Virus record (IMG/VR): IMGVR_UViG_3300042473_001540
Coordinates: 124,001-188,000 of that record
Length of the DNA stretch: 64,000 bases
Direction: 5' to 3' (one strand)
In this document: positions 37,152 to 47,428 of the stretch, in pieces
Layout of the letters: the number at the start of each line of letters is the position of its first letter
Numbering within the stretch: the first letter of the stretch is position 1
Notes under the pieces: model-generated
Database searches by the model: none
Seen by the model: only the letters and a program-made list of their open reading frames with translations
Told to the model about the DNA's origin: nothing
Program-made: the position numbers and the translations under genes

Positions 37152-37949
37152 TTGATTGTGCTGAAAAACTTCATAACCTATGCCACTGCTGGTGATATAA
37201 TATACAGTCTTTGTGCAGTAAAAATCCTTGGGGGTGGCAACATTTACCTCAAATTGGGATACCTTGATGAGTTTTGCCGAAATGTGTTGGGTTGGTACAA
37301 TCAGCCCTTCACAGGCAGAATAAGTGAAAAAGATTTTCAAAACATTGAAAGCCTGTTGTTACACCAAAGTTATTTGCATGAAGTGCAAATCTATACCAAC
37401 CAGCACATTGATTATGATTTAGCAGCTGAAAATTGGAAATTCATATTACCTTCTGGTTGGCAAGGTAATCAAACTCAAGCCTATGCCTTGGGACTGGGAT
37501 GGGATATGACTGACGTTCAATTGCAGCACCAGTTGTTGAGAGAGCCTTGGCTCACACAGGTTAGCCCAATCCTTATCCCCAATCGACCCATAGTAATCAA
37601 TCGAACACCTAGACATAGAGACAACAGTGCTACACAAAAATGGATGGATTTTATCAAACAAGGTCTGTGCAAGCAGGCTGTGTTTGTGGGCACACCTAGA
37701 GAACATCAAGAGTGGCAAACAGAGTTCAAGGAGACTATTGACTATTTTCCTACCCTAGATCTGTTGCATTTGGCACAGGTAATTCAAGGTTGTGAAATGT
37801 TCATTGGCAATCAAAGTGCGCCATTGGCTATAGCGATAGGTTTGGGCAAAAGCTATTGGTGCGAAGGCAATCGGGATACAAAAACACAAACTCCTCTAGG
37901 AGGCGGGGGCGATTGTTGGTTTGACCGCATAAATGGAAATTATTTTTGA
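37152..37949 (+). CDS. GT9 (heptosyltransferase)-like glycosyltransferase
   Basis: GDIIYSL, LLHLAQVIQGCEMFIGNQS..LAIA.GLG. Confidence 0.7.
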   Translation: MIVLKNFITYATAGDIIYSLCAVKILGGGNIYLKLGYLDEFCRNVLGWYNQPFTGRISEKDFQNIESLLLHQSYLHEVQIYTNQHIDYDLAAENWKFILPSGWQGNQTQAYALGLGWDMTDVQLQHQLLREPWLTQVSPILIPNRPIVINRTPRHRDNSATQKWMDFIKQGLCKQAVFVGTPREHQEWQTEFKETIDYFPTLDLLHLAQVIQGCEMFIGNQSAPLAIAIGLGKSYWCEGNRDTKTQTPLGGGGDCWFDRINGNYF

Positions 37950-38653
37950 TCGGGCAACACATGTATGGACTGCTGGTTGTTTACAACAACAATTTCTCAG
38001 AACTTTCAAAAATAACCTTGGACAAAAACAAAAAGCTGTATGCTCAGAGACACAATTATCATCTGTTTGAAAAAACCACTTGGACCAGTCACTTTGACAG
38101 AATCCATGCGGTGTTGGAACTTTTTGACACACACCCACATCTCAGTTGGCTTTGGTATACTGATACTGATGTTTTGATCACCAACTTCAAAACAACCATA
38201 CAAGAAAAAACTAGTGACACACATGATTTACTCATCTCAACTGATGTAAATGGCCTCAATACAGGCAGCATTTTATTTCGTAACTCAAGTCAGTGTCGGT
38301 CATTACTGCACGAGTTATTGAAAGTGGAAAAAGAAGCTTTGCAACATTGGGACTCAGAACAGTGGGCATTGAATCAGTTATTTGGGTTCCCCGGCACACA
38401 CCACCCAAGTTACCCGCAAGGCGAGTCTTTGAAAATTCCACATCCTTGGGACAAAACGATTCAAGTTGTGCCTCAACGAATGTTAAACAGCTATGATTAC
38501 AACCTATATCCTTATATACCAAAACCTGCCTTGGACAAACTGTTGACAGATGGCTCATGGCAGCCAGGCGATTGGGCTGTGCATTTTCCTGGTGTAAGTG
38601 AATCAGAAAAAATAAATTTGTGCAACAGTTGGCAAAACAAAATACTGTTGTAA
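37946..38653 (+). CDS. GT34 (GMA12/MNN10)-like glycosyltransferase
   Basis: NKKLYA.RHNY, WLWYTDTD (DxD), LNTGSILFRN, EQWAL, PGDWAVHFPG. Confidence 0.8.
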   Translation: MIGQHMYGLLVVYNNNFSELSKITLDKNKKLYAQRHNYHLFEKTTWTSHFDRIHAVLELFDTHPHLSWLWYTDTDVLITNFKTTIQEKTSDTHDLLISTDVNGLNTGSILFRNSSQCRSLLHELLKVEKEALQHWDSEQWALNQLFGFPGTHHPSYPQGESLKIPHPWDKTIQVVPQRMLNSYDYNLYPYIPKPALDKLLTDGSWQPGDWAVHFPGVSESEKINLCNSWQNKILL

Positions 38654-38671
38654 CTGCCAAAGGACAAAAAA

Positions 38672-39544
38672 TTGAAAGTATATGATTGTTTTACTTTTTT
38701 CAATGAGTTAGATCTACTTGAAATACGCCTTGAAGAGCTATGGGACGTTGTTGACTATTTTGTGTTAGCTGAATCAAATGTTACACATACTGGCATGTTC
38801 AAGCCCTTGTATTTTGATCTAAACAAACAACGCTTTGAAAAATATGCCCAGAAAATTCGTCACATTGTTGTTGATGACATGCCTGGCGGTGAAGACAACC
38901 TTTGGTTCAGAGAAAATCATCAACGCAGATGTCTTGCTCGAGGACTAGGAGACAAAAGCCCTGATGATTTGATCATTGTAACTGATGCCGATGAAATTCC
39001 TCGAGCATCAGTAGTTTCTAGCATAAAACATGATAGTCAGCACACTCGTTGGATTTTGTTTGCTCCACAGTATTTGTATAAATTAAATTACATGAGAATC
39101 AAAACCACAAATGGGGTAGATTGGCAAGCTGGTCCAAGTATTATTGTCTCAAAGTCTCAAGACTTTACTGACCCTCAAACAGAACGAACATTTACGTTTC
39201 CATGGGTTGGGTTGCCTGATGGCACAGCCTTTGTTGCGCATGGAGGTTGGCATTGGAGCTCATTGGGAAACAATCAGCATTGTATTCAAAAGATCAACAG
39301 TTTTGTTCATACAAATGAGAATATACCTGAAATAGTCGAAAACTTTGACATTGACAGATTTATAGCCACAAAAGGTAGCCATCACACCCCAGGACAGTTT
39401 TTTGAAACAGTGGAATTGAACAACTATTTTCCCAATTTTGTCTTATCCAATGCACAAAAATTCTCGCAACATGTTGCACCTGGGTTAGGTGTCAAAACAA
39501 GTGATATCTATCCTTTTGATACCCAACACACTTACAGAACATAA
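38672..39544 (+). CDS. GT17 (MGAT3-like) N-acetylglucosaminyltransferase
   Basis: YDCFTFFNELDLLEIRL, ESN.THTG..KPLYF, RENHQR, DADEIP, GGWHWS. Confidence 0.88.
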   Translation: MKVYDCFTFFNELDLLEIRLEELWDVVDYFVLAESNVTHTGMFKPLYFDLNKQRFEKYAQKIRHIVVDDMPGGEDNLWFRENHQRRCLARGLGDKSPDDLIIVTDADEIPRASVVSSIKHDSQHTRWILFAPQYLYKLNYMRIKTTNGVDWQAGPSIIVSKSQDFTDPQTERTFTFPWVGLPDGTAFVAHGGWHWSSLGNNQHCIQKINSFVHTNENIPEIVENFDIDRFIATKGSHHTPGQFFETVELNNYFPNFVLSNAQKFSQHVAPGLGVKTSDIYPFDTQHTYRT

Positions 39545-39560
39545 CAAGGGAGAAATAAAA

Positions 39561-40145
39561 ATGGACATGAGCCTTGAACAAATGCTGGCCCAAACAGGTA
39601 AGCGCCAAGCCAGCTTTGAAATAATGATAAATCATCTAAAACAAACTGCCAATCCGTTGATTGTTGAAACTGGATGCAGTCGCAGCCTACAACATGGATT
39701 CCACGGTGATGGTTTCAGTACAATAATTTTTGACAAGTATGTGGAAACTTTTTCTGGGCAACTATTGACAGTTGATTTGGATGAGTCTCATGTGAATTTT
39801 TCTCGCTCACAAGTGTGCTCAAACACACAAATTTTTTGTCAAGACAGTGTTGTTTGGTTACGAAATTTAAGTCAAAAGTTGCAGGCAGAAAACCGTCAGA
39901 TAAACTTACTCTATCTCGACAGTTTTGATTTTTACCCAGACAATCCTCATCCCAGTAGTTTTCATCATATGAAAGAATTGACTGCAATTTGGAGTTGTTT
40001 GGGTCCAGGCACAATGATTGCTGTGGACGATAATTTTGGTGACTCTTCTTCTCGGATAGGCAAAGGCAAGTATGTGGAAGAATTCTTTCAAAACATTTGT
40101 GTGCCGCTTGTATATGACGGCTATCAACTAGTTTGGCAGCTTTAA
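39561..40145 (+). CDS. SAM-dependent methyltransferase-like protein
   Basis: IVETG, TVD, DSV, LLYLDS, IAVDD, GKG. Confidence 0.7.
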   Translation: MDMSLEQMLAQTGKRQASFEIMINHLKQTANPLIVETGCSRSLQHGFHGDGFSTIIFDKYVETFSGQLLTVDLDESHVNFSRSQVCSNTQIFCQDSVVWLRNLSQKLQAENRQINLLYLDSFDFYPDNPHPSSFHHMKELTAIWSCLGPGTMIAVDDNFGDSSSRIGKGKYVEEFFQNICVPLVYDGYQLVWQL

Positions 40146-40207
40146 CACAAGCTCCTTGACTTGTCTGCATGGTTACAACAAAATTATAACAAATAGGAGA
40201 ATCTAGG

Positions 40208-41089
40208 ATGTTTGGACGCAATGAGCTGGTTGGTGAACGTTACTTCAAAAATGCAGAAGATGAACTTTTTGTAACTAGTATTTTCACCACATTTCAGGGA
40301 GAAGGCCCATATCGAGGCGAGCCTGCTGTGTTTGTTAGGCTAGCCAAGTGCAATCTCCAATGTTCATTTTGTGATACTTTCTTTGATGATGGTGATTGGA
40401 TGACAATCCAAGAGATTGACTCCAAAATCGCAAAGAGCATCTCTGACAGCTTCAATGGTAATACCCCTCTTTGGGCTGATGTTGTGTATGGGGGTCCAGG
40501 AAGTGATCCTGTAAAGAAACGCAACATGGTTCTCGTGCTTACTGGCGGTGAGCCCATGCTACAAAAAAACATTGTTCCATTTTTAGAGCATATGAATACC
40601 CAGTTTGCCCGAACGCAAATTGAAAGCAACGGCACTATCGTCCAGAACATTCCTCAGGAAACTACCTTAGTAGTAAGTCCCAAGTGCAGTGAAAAAAATG
40701 GCCGTCCGGTGAAATATCTTGAACCACGAGCAGAAATGCTAGGAAGAGCAGACTGTTTGAAATTTGTAATGAGTGCAGATTCTGATACTCCTTACAATAA
40801 TGTCCCTGACTGGGCACACAACTGGCGGGACCAAACTGGTAAGAAGGTGTTTGTAAGTCCCATGAACATTTACAACCATGAACCGCAGAAAAGCAAGCAA
40901 ATTCGAGCTGAGAAAAATCAAATTAGTCTTGAAGAACGCAGTATTGTGGATGAAGTTGTGAGTTTTTGGACGCCAGGGCTTATCAATATGCAAACTGCTC
41001 AAGCCAATCACGAACACGCTGCTCGTTATTGTGTCCAGAACGGATTCGTCTTTAATATGCAATTGCATTTATTTGGAAGTTACGCCTAA
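40208..41089 (+). CDS. queE: 7-carboxy-7-deazaguanine synthase (radical SAM)
   Basis: IFTTFQGEG...G.PAVFVRL, CNLQCSFCDT, LTGGEP, ESNG, VSPK, QLH. Confidence 0.88.
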   Translation: MFGRNELVGERYFKNAEDELFVTSIFTTFQGEGPYRGEPAVFVRLAKCNLQCSFCDTFFDDGDWMTIQEIDSKIAKSISDSFNGNTPLWADVVYGGPGSDPVKKRNMVLVLTGGEPMLQKNIVPFLEHMNTQFARTQIESNGTIVQNIPQETTLVVSPKCSEKNGRPVKYLEPRAEMLGRADCLKFVMSADSDTPYNNVPDWAHNWRDQTGKKVFVSPMNIYNHEPQKSKQIRAEKNQISLEERSIVDEVVSFWTPGLINMQTAQANHEHAARYCVQNGFVFNMQLHLFGSYA

Positions 41090-41091
41090 GC

Positions 41092-41358
41092 ATGAGCATA
41101 CCTGTCAGATTTGATTGGTATTCAGATAGTGGCGAGCTGTTGGTGGCCAACCGGGGATTCTTCACCATCTCGTATGGTCAGGATCCCCACAATCTCTCCA
41201 CGCTAGCTAGTAGGGTGGCTGAGTGTCCTATTTCAGAGCACCAAAAATACATCCATCCCCAAGTGAGGTATGCAGTGCCACTTTCAGCACCCGACTACAT
41301 GTTTGATCTACAAGATCTCAGTTATGTGCTACCAAACAACTTCAAGGAAAAAACATGA
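41092..41358 (+). CDS. hypothetical protein
   Basis: 88-aa ORF tightly packed between neighbours. Confidence 0.55.
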   Translation: MSIPVRFDWYSDSGELLVANRGFFTISYGQDPHNLSTLASRVAECPISEHQKYIHPQVRYAVPLSAPDYMFDLQDLSYVLPNNFKEKT

Positions 41359-41975
41359 GCAAGAATCTAAAAATCCCCTTTGGCCTTTGGCCAGGAAGTT
41401 GGGGTCTACGAGGTCGCACAAGACAAATTGCAGAAGCCGAATACACTATGCAGGGTCTTGACCTTGAGTTACGCTTGATTGAAATAAATGAGGAAGATCC
41501 TCTTCAGAAAGAGATCAAAACTCTCAAATCCAAAAAGAAATATGGGCAACTTACTGAGTATGAGTTTGACCAGCAAATATGCATGCTGACTACTGAAGAA
41601 ACCAGTGTTGATCGTGCAATAGCCCTGTTGGATGTTGAACTCAAACACAACAAAATTGATCGCAATGAGCATGAGAAGCAAACAGCTGAGGCCAAAAAAG
41701 AGCCTTGGGTAGCTATGCCCAACATCAGTTGGGACCCCACTGATCCGTCACGAAGCTTTTTTGAATTGGATTACAACAGTTATTTTGTGGAATTTCTCCG
41801 CAACCACGGTTATGAAGGTGCCAGTGAGCAAGAAGTAGTGGAAAAGTGGTTAACAGATGTTTGTCGAGCCGTAGCCTCAGATTTGGGCGAACAAGATGAT
41901 GCATTTGTTGCCACTGCTATACCAACTAACCGGAGAGCAAGGCGACCTAACAAACAGAAGACTGAATACAGTTGA
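41355..41975 (+). CDS. conserved phage hypothetical protein
   Basis: KEPWV...FFELDYN.YFVE.L...GY.G..E.EVVEKW..DVCR; AAGGA SD. Confidence 0.75.
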   Translation: MSKNLKIPFGLWPGSWGLRGRTRQIAEAEYTMQGLDLELRLIEINEEDPLQKEIKTLKSKKKYGQLTEYEFDQQICMLTTEETSVDRAIALLDVELKHNKIDRNEHEKQTAEAKKEPWVAMPNISWDPTDPSRSFFELDYNSYFVEFLRNHGYEGASEQEVVEKWLTDVCRAVASDLGEQDDAFVATAIPTNRRARRPNKQKTEYS

Positions 41976-41999
41976 CACACTGCCTAGCCTTGCTAGAGT
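41972..41999 (+). promoter_or_regulatory. sigma70-type early promoter
   Basis: TTGACA-N16-TAGAGT (GC before -10). Confidence 0.5.
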
Positions 42000-42024
42000 T
42001 GTGTCATATAGTGGAGATAGAACT

Positions 42025-43005
42025 TTGAGCACTTATGTAATTGTAGATCTGCAAAATTTGGCGATGCGTGTTCGATATGGTGTAAGAGCTCCAGATTTCA
42101 ATGCACAAGTGGGCTTGGCCATGCACATTATTTTCACCAGCATCAAAAAGGTGTGGAACGATTTCAATGGGTCACATTTAGTGTGCTGCCTCGAAAGCAG
42201 GAGTTGGCGACGGGATTTTTACCAGCCTTACAAAGCTCATCGCCGAGTAGCTGCTGGACAGCGCACAGCGGATGAACAGGAAGAAGATCGAGTGTTTTAT
42301 GAAGCTCTTGATGACTTCATTAAGTTCGTAAGCTCGCGTACCAATGCAACAGTGTTGAAGGCGCCACAAGCTGAAGCAGATGATCTCATTGCACGTTGGA
42401 TCCAATTGCATCCGGGTGATGATCATGTGATTGTCAGCACTGACAGTGACTTTCAACAACTGCTAGCCACGAATGTTAAAATTTACGATGGTATCAGTGC
42501 GTTGCTCTATACCATAAACGGAATTTACGACAAAGATGGCAATCTTGCGCACAACAAGAAGGGCGAGGCACTACCAGTGCCTCATCCTGAATGGATTTTG
42601 TTTGAAAAATGCATTAGGGGTGATGCCAGTGATAATGTCATGAGTGCATTCCCAGGTGTGCGGAAGAAAAAGATGTTGGAAGCATTTGAAAACAAAGTGT
42701 CCCAAGGCTATTCCTGGAACAATCTCATGCTCAGCACGTGGACAGACCACAACGGAGAAGAGATTCGAGTTCGTGACGCATATGAAAGAAACTGTACTCT
42801 TGTTGATCTCACCGCTCAGCCTCAAGAGTTTGTGGAAACTTGGGATACTTGCATCAAAAATGCAGTAAACCAACCCCGTAAGGCACAAGTGGGCATTGCA
42901 TTGCTGAAATTTGCAGCACAGTGGGGTTTGATGCGGATTGAAAAAACAGCCTCAGATTACAGTGTGTGTTTCAGTAGTGAATATCAAGGACACTTGACCG
43001 AGTAA
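42025..43005 (+). CDS. T4 RNase H-like 5'-3' exonuclease (FEN superfamily)
   Basis: IVD..N, SWRRDFY.PYK, EADDLI, STDSDF.Q, GDASDNV; TTG start after GGAG. Confidence 0.9.
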   Translation: MSTYVIVDLQNLAMRVRYGVRAPDFNAQVGLAMHIIFTSIKKVWNDFNGSHLVCCLESRSWRRDFYQPYKAHRRVAAGQRTADEQEEDRVFYEALDDFIKFVSSRTNATVLKAPQAEADDLIARWIQLHPGDDHVIVSTDSDFQQLLATNVKIYDGISALLYTINGIYDKDGNLAHNKKGEALPVPHPEWILFEKCIRGDASDNVMSAFPGVRKKKMLEAFENKVSQGYSWNNLMLSTWTDHNGEEIRVRDAYERNCTLVDLTAQPQEFVETWDTCIKNAVNQPRKAQVGIALLKFAAQWGLMRIEKTASDYSVCFSSEYQGHLTE

Positions 43006-43013
43006 ATAAGGCT

Positions 43014-43568
43014 ATGGATTTGGATTTTCAAAACATCTGGAACATCCTAGTCTCATGTCAACCTCCTGAGATCACACACTTTCAACAAAAGAGCCATCCT
43101 GGCCGCGGATGGTGGTTAAAGACGTGTGTACCACTTATTGGTGAACCAGACCTATACAAAATTTGGAGTCGCATCATCAAAAACAACAATCGTTTGGTTT
43201 GTATTACTAGTGAAAGTTTTGATTGGCAACAGGCCCCAATTCCAAATACTGCTAGCATTTGGTGCCGCGATGGTATAGATATAACCCTAAAAATAGCAGA
43301 TGGTGTTTTTGACTACAACATATTGCCTTTTGAAAATTCATTTAACCAACATGGAAACTCCTTAAGAAAACAATTGCTTAAATTCAACGAATCTTATCCA
43401 GGGGCACTAGCACCTGATGAGTTGACAAAGCTGGTTGCTGTTGCAGACTTGATGTGTAACTGGCAGACAGAAACACAAGCGAAGGCCCGTAGGGCAAAGT
43501 TCAAGGTAGTTGACAATGAAGAAAATCTCAGCCAAACCCATCAGTGCACAAAGTTGGATGTTGACTGA
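43014..43568 (+). CDS. hypothetical protein
   Basis: 184-aa ORF after GTAAATA box (43002-43008). Confidence 0.6.
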   Translation: MDLDFQNIWNILVSCQPPEITHFQQKSHPGRGWWLKTCVPLIGEPDLYKIWSRIIKNNNRLVCITSESFDWQQAPIPNTASIWCRDGIDITLKIADGVFDYNILPFENSFNQHGNSLRKQLLKFNESYPGALAPDELTKLVAVADLMCNWQTETQAKARRAKFKVVDNEENLSQTHQCTKLDVD

Positions 43569-43992
43569 ATGGGGGAATAGAGTTGGAGTGCTCAGTGCCC
43601 AGGATGGATCTTACACGCTCCTAAGCAGCCAAACAACTGAAACATTCTCTAGTCAAGAGGCGTTGGAAAAGTCGCTGGGGTGGCACATCACTTTTGAGCA
43701 ACTGGAAGCAAAGGAAGAACCTTTGGACAAAATTGGCGTTTGGCCAATCAAGCATACGAATCCACAAAATGTCCAAGACTCTCCTTTTGTTACCTATTCA
43801 AAAACAGCACACAGCAAAAGTAGATTTGCAGCTGGATATTGGGGCATTCACTATAGTCATGGCTGGAGTCCCAGTTTTTGTCCCAAGATGGAAACTGTAG
43901 AAAACGCCCCTACTGTGGGGCCATTTTCCAGCAAGTTGGAACTCAATACAGTGCTCAACAAAAAACAAAAAGAGGGACAAAAACAGCCATGA
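43516..43992 (+). CDS. conserved phage hypothetical protein
   Basis: YSK...SKS.FAAGY...W..SFCPK...GPF. Confidence 0.7.
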   Translation: MKKISAKPISAQSWMLTEWGNRVGVLSAQDGSYTLLSSQTTETFSSQEALEKSLGWHITFEQLEAKEEPLDKIGVWPIKHTNPQNVQDSPFVTYSKTAHSKSRFAAGYWGIHYSHGWSPSFCPKMETVENAPTVGPFSSKLELNTVLNKKQKEGQKQP

Positions 43993-44234
43993 GCAGCAAC
44001 TTTTCCAGTGATCCCATCAATCAGTTTGTGAAACTGGTGAACACTGCTCGCGACTACAACTCAAAAGAGATTCGCATGTCAAGAGAAGACGCGGAAAGTT
44101 TGGCCTTGAGCTTAACTGCATTGTTGGCTCGCGATGTAAATCTTGCACAAAAAGTGATGGAACTACAAGAAAAACTTGTGGGGCAACTGCAATCAACCCC
44201 ACGCAATCTAGATCTCAATGGAGGCACGTTCTGA
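43989..44234 (+). CDS. small helical hypothetical protein
   Basis: ATGA coupling; ends LNGGTF. Confidence 0.65.
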   Translation: MSSNFSSDPINQFVKLVNTARDYNSKEIRMSREDAESLALSLTALLARDVNLAQKVMELQEKLVGQLQSTPRNLDLNGGTF

Positions 44235-44926
44235 TGTTGATGAAGCCTGTGGTTGATCCCTTATTCCAAACTTTGATTGCTCGAATGCCTCCTTTGAGTA
44301 TTACTGAAGGGCCTTGGATTGCTGGCGGCGCGGCACGCAAACTTTGGGAAAACAATCCCTGGACTACTGGTGACTTAGATGTGTTTTTCACCAGCGGGGA
44401 ACAGCTGGCCACTTGGAAAAAAATCTTTGAAACCTCTCTTATGGTGAATGTGCAGGAGGAGTTTGAAAAAGAAACTGAATGCATGGAACAAGAAGACAAC
44501 ACCTTCACAGTAGAGCTTTTCAACAACTTCAAATGCCTACAGACCAAACCCAAAAACAAGTTTTACGTTGCACACCAAAGTGATAATGCCATCACTTATC
44601 GGATGCCAGGTGATTCCCCGCTCACAGGAATAACAGTGCAAATGATCAAACGCCGCTTTGGAGAAAGTGTAGAGAAGGTTTGGGACAGCTTTGACTTCCA
44701 CAATTGTGAGTTTGCCACAGATGGGAAAACACTGCTGGCTTCAGAATCTGCTGCTTGGGGCAGCCTTTCTGGAGAGCTGCTCTTGAAAGACTCTGACAAC
44801 ACCCGCAACTTGCCCTTGAGAACCTTGAAATATCATTTGCATGGTTTTGAAGCCAGCAAAGAATTGCTATTGACTGCGGTAGAGCAACTTACAAAGGGAG
44901 GAGTAACATGGGACAACGATTACTAG
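44234..44926 (+). CDS. polymerase-beta superfamily nucleotidyltransferase (stand-alone head domain)
   Basis: WIAGGAAR, GDLDVFF (DxD), VQMI, SFDF..CEFA. Confidence 0.75.
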   Translation: MLMKPVVDPLFQTLIARMPPLSITEGPWIAGGAARKLWENNPWTTGDLDVFFTSGEQLATWKKIFETSLMVNVQEEFEKETECMEQEDNTFTVELFNNFKCLQTKPKNKFYVAHQSDNAITYRMPGDSPLTGITVQMIKRRFGESVEKVWDSFDFHNCEFATDGKTLLASESAAWGSLSGELLLKDSDNTRNLPLRTLKYHLHGFEASKELLLTAVEQLTKGGVTWDNDY

Positions 44927-45321
44927 ACTTCCAGCATTCAGATTTGGAATGCCTCCGAATCGCCAGCGATTTGGGTGAAAGTGTCCTGGTAGACCGGTTG
45001 CCAACCTCAGAGGGCACCACTTGCGTAATTGCTGCTGGCAGCCTTTTGTTCACATCTCGCAGTTTCACCACATTTTGGATGTGGCTATGCATGGGTGGCA
45101 AATGGTATCAAGCAAACATCTGCAAAGATGGTGAACATGAGCTGATCCGTGATATGCGACTGTTAAATCCCAATGTCTATGCTCATGTGTGCAAAGACAC
45201 TCAGTTTGTGCCTGAGCGTTTTCTCAGCTTTCTCTTCAGTATTCTCAGCAAAAAACTCAAGAACATGACCCATGAGGAGCGTTTTGCCACTTTCAAGCGA
45301 GTGGTTTACGAGGTGGACTGA
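44908..45321 (+). CDS. hypothetical protein
   Basis: 137-aa ORF with GGAG SD. Confidence 0.55.
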   Translation: MGQRLLDFQHSDLECLRIASDLGESVLVDRLPTSEGTTCVIAAGSLLFTSRSFTTFWMWLCMGGKWYQANICKDGEHELIRDMRLLNPNVYAHVCKDTQFVPERFLSFLFSILSKKLKNMTHEERFATFKRVVYEVD

Positions 45322-45374
45322 CTGAGAAAACTCACGACTCATAAATATTGCACACCAGAAACAAGGCAATAGTC

Positions 45375-45677
45375 ATGAGTCGTCCCAAGCCCAAAGTGTT
45401 GTTGAGCTACACTGATCCCAAGACATTTCAGAGCGAACAGATTATTGCGGCCAAGGCAATTTATGCTGTATTTTATGATGGAACCCCCATCAACCTCAAG
45501 AGTGTCAATACACTGCATGACGATTCAAATCCAAAATATCGTAGGGTCACTTTTCCAGAAAGTCCTGGGCATGCCTTCAATCTTGCTGATAAACTTAACA
45601 AAATGTTCAAAACAACTAAATTTGAAGTGTTTGAGTTTTCCCAAGGTGTTAAGATATCTAGACCTCCCAAGGTGTAA
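45375..45677 (+). CDS. conserved phage hypothetical protein
   Basis: MSRPKP.VL, AVFYDG.PINLK, PKYRRV.F...GHAFNLA.KLN; CATAAATA upstream. Confidence 0.75.
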   Translation: MSRPKPKVLLSYTDPKTFQSEQIIAAKAIYAVFYDGTPINLKSVNTLHDDSNPKYRRVTFPESPGHAFNLADKLNKMFKTTKFEVFEFSQGVKISRPPKV

Positions 45678-46073
45678 GTGACCCAATTACAGCGGGCAAT
45701 CTGGGAAGATTTTTGCGAGCAGATCAACCCAGATGCAACTGAGCAAGCTTTTCCAGAAAACCTTGTGGAAGGTGGTTTTGAAGGTTTTTGTAAAATTCTG
45801 TTTGTAAATTGGAGCAGCACACGCCCTAGTTTTCGGTTAACATCAACAGGGCTTCTGATCCTTTGTAGGATGTACCAATTTTGGGAATTTGATATCAGCA
45901 AACAGCCTTTCAACACATTTAATATTCCAAAGGTTCACATCCATCTGTATAGGAGTGTGAAAAGCCCTTATCACTATGATCAAAAACGGTTTGTAGTTTT
46001 TCATTCTGAGCGTGCTATGGAACTGGAGATGGCGGGTGGCAATATACTGACGTGGGCTGAAATGTTCGGATGA
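45678..46073 (+). CDS. hypothetical protein
   Basis: 131-aa ORF, FRLT..G and PY motifs, abuts upstream stop. Confidence 0.6.
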   Translation: MTQLQRAIWEDFCEQINPDATEQAFPENLVEGGFEGFCKILFVNWSSTRPSFRLTSTGLLILCRMYQFWEFDISKQPFNTFNIPKVHIHLYRSVKSPYHYDQKRFVVFHSERAMELEMAGGNILTWAEMFG

Positions 46074-46146
46074 TTTTTGTGTTGACGTAAAAAATACCTG
46101 CCATATATTCAGCTGGTAATACACAACAGCAAGGACACACGCAGAC

Positions 46147-47361
46147 ATGGCTAAGGCAGCTCAAGAGAAAATCCAGACAATCACTACTGTCAGTCCCAGC
46201 AAGCTGAAGGTGATGATCGATCACGTGACGCGTAGGAAGCGACCTCTCTTCATCGCCGGCCCTCCTGGCATTGGCAAGAGTGACATTGTTGCAGAGGTTG
46301 CTCGTGCTCAGAAGCGCCCACTGATTGACATTCGACTTCCCCTACTTGAGGCCACTGACATTCGAGGCATTCCGCACCTCGCAGAAGTGACTATCCGCGA
46401 TGCAGAAGGCAACGTGGTAAAGAATGAGCACAACGTTCCACTGACAGAGAAGATTTTCAAGTGGAGCAACCCTACCGATCTGCCCACTGATCCCAACAGC
46501 CGCGCAATGGTGTTTTTTGATGAGATGAGCGCAGCACCACCCTCTGTGCAGGCTGCCACATATCAGCTGATCCTGAACCGGCGCATTGGCAGTTACCAGC
46601 TGCCTGATGATGCAGTGATGGTTGCTGCTGGTAACCGAGTGCGTGACAAGGGTGTGGCCTACAACATGCCAACTCCGCTGGCAAATCGCTTCATCCATGC
46701 AACGCTGGCTGTGGACTTTGATGACTGGCAGGAATGGGCTATGATGAATCGCATCCACGAGCATGTGGTGGGTTACCTCAGCTATCAGCCCAATGATCTC
46801 TTTGACTTTGATCCCCGTCGCGAAAGCTATGCGTTTGCTACCCCACGTAGCTGGAGCTTTGTCAGCGAACTGCTGTATGAGCCCCAACTGGATGGCAGCT
46901 ACCGCGAGACGGATCTGCCAGCAGATGTGCTTGGCGATCTCATCAAGGGCACTGTAGGTGAGGGTCCTGCCCTGAAGTTCCTCAGCTATCGTCGACAAGC
47001 AGCTAACCTACCCCGTGCACGCGACATCCTTGATGGCACAGTCACCAAGCTGAACGTGAAGCAGATGGACATTTGCTATGCACTGACCACTGCACTGGTG
47101 TATGAGCTCACAGATGATGTCAAGAAAGCTGAGAGTAATAAGCAGAATGGTGTGAAGAATTCGCACGATGACATGTATAAGAGCGCCGATCGCTTCTTCC
47201 AGTTCATGATGGACAACTTTGAACCGGAGATGGTTGTAATGGGTGCTCGGTCGTTTATGGCAACTACACGTGACCACCCCATCAAGCCAAATCAACTGAG
47301 TTCATGGAAAGTTTTTGTGAAACAATATTCGTCACTTATTCCGAGCATGAACGCAAACTAA
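46147..47361 (+). CDS. MoxR-type AAA+ ATPase
   Basis: Walker A GPPGIGKS, Walker B FFDEM, AAGNR, PLANRF, TPRSW. Confidence 0.92.
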   Translation: MAKAAQEKIQTITTVSPSKLKVMIDHVTRRKRPLFIAGPPGIGKSDIVAEVARAQKRPLIDIRLPLLEATDIRGIPHLAEVTIRDAEGNVVKNEHNVPLTEKIFKWSNPTDLPTDPNSRAMVFFDEMSAAPPSVQAATYQLILNRRIGSYQLPDDAVMVAAGNRVRDKGVAYNMPTPLANRFIHATLAVDFDDWQEWAMMNRIHEHVVGYLSYQPNDLFDFDPRRESYAFATPRSWSFVSELLYEPQLDGSYRETDLPADVLGDLIKGTVGEGPALKFLSYRRQAANLPRARDILDGTVTKLNVKQMDICYALTTALVYELTDDVKKAESNKQNGVKNSHDDMYKSADRFFQFMMDNFEPEMVVMGARSFMATTRDHPIKPNQLSSWKVFVKQYSSLIPSMNAN

Positions 47362-47381
47362 ACTCAGCTACTAGAGTTACC

Positions 47382-47428
47382 AAGAACAAGGGTGCAGCGT
47401 TGTGGAGCACTGCACCTTTGTTCTTTTT
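47382..47428 (+). terminator. intrinsic terminator (possibly bidirectional)
   Basis: AAGAACAAGGGTGCAG / CTGCACCTTTGTTCTT plus T-run. Confidence 0.75.
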
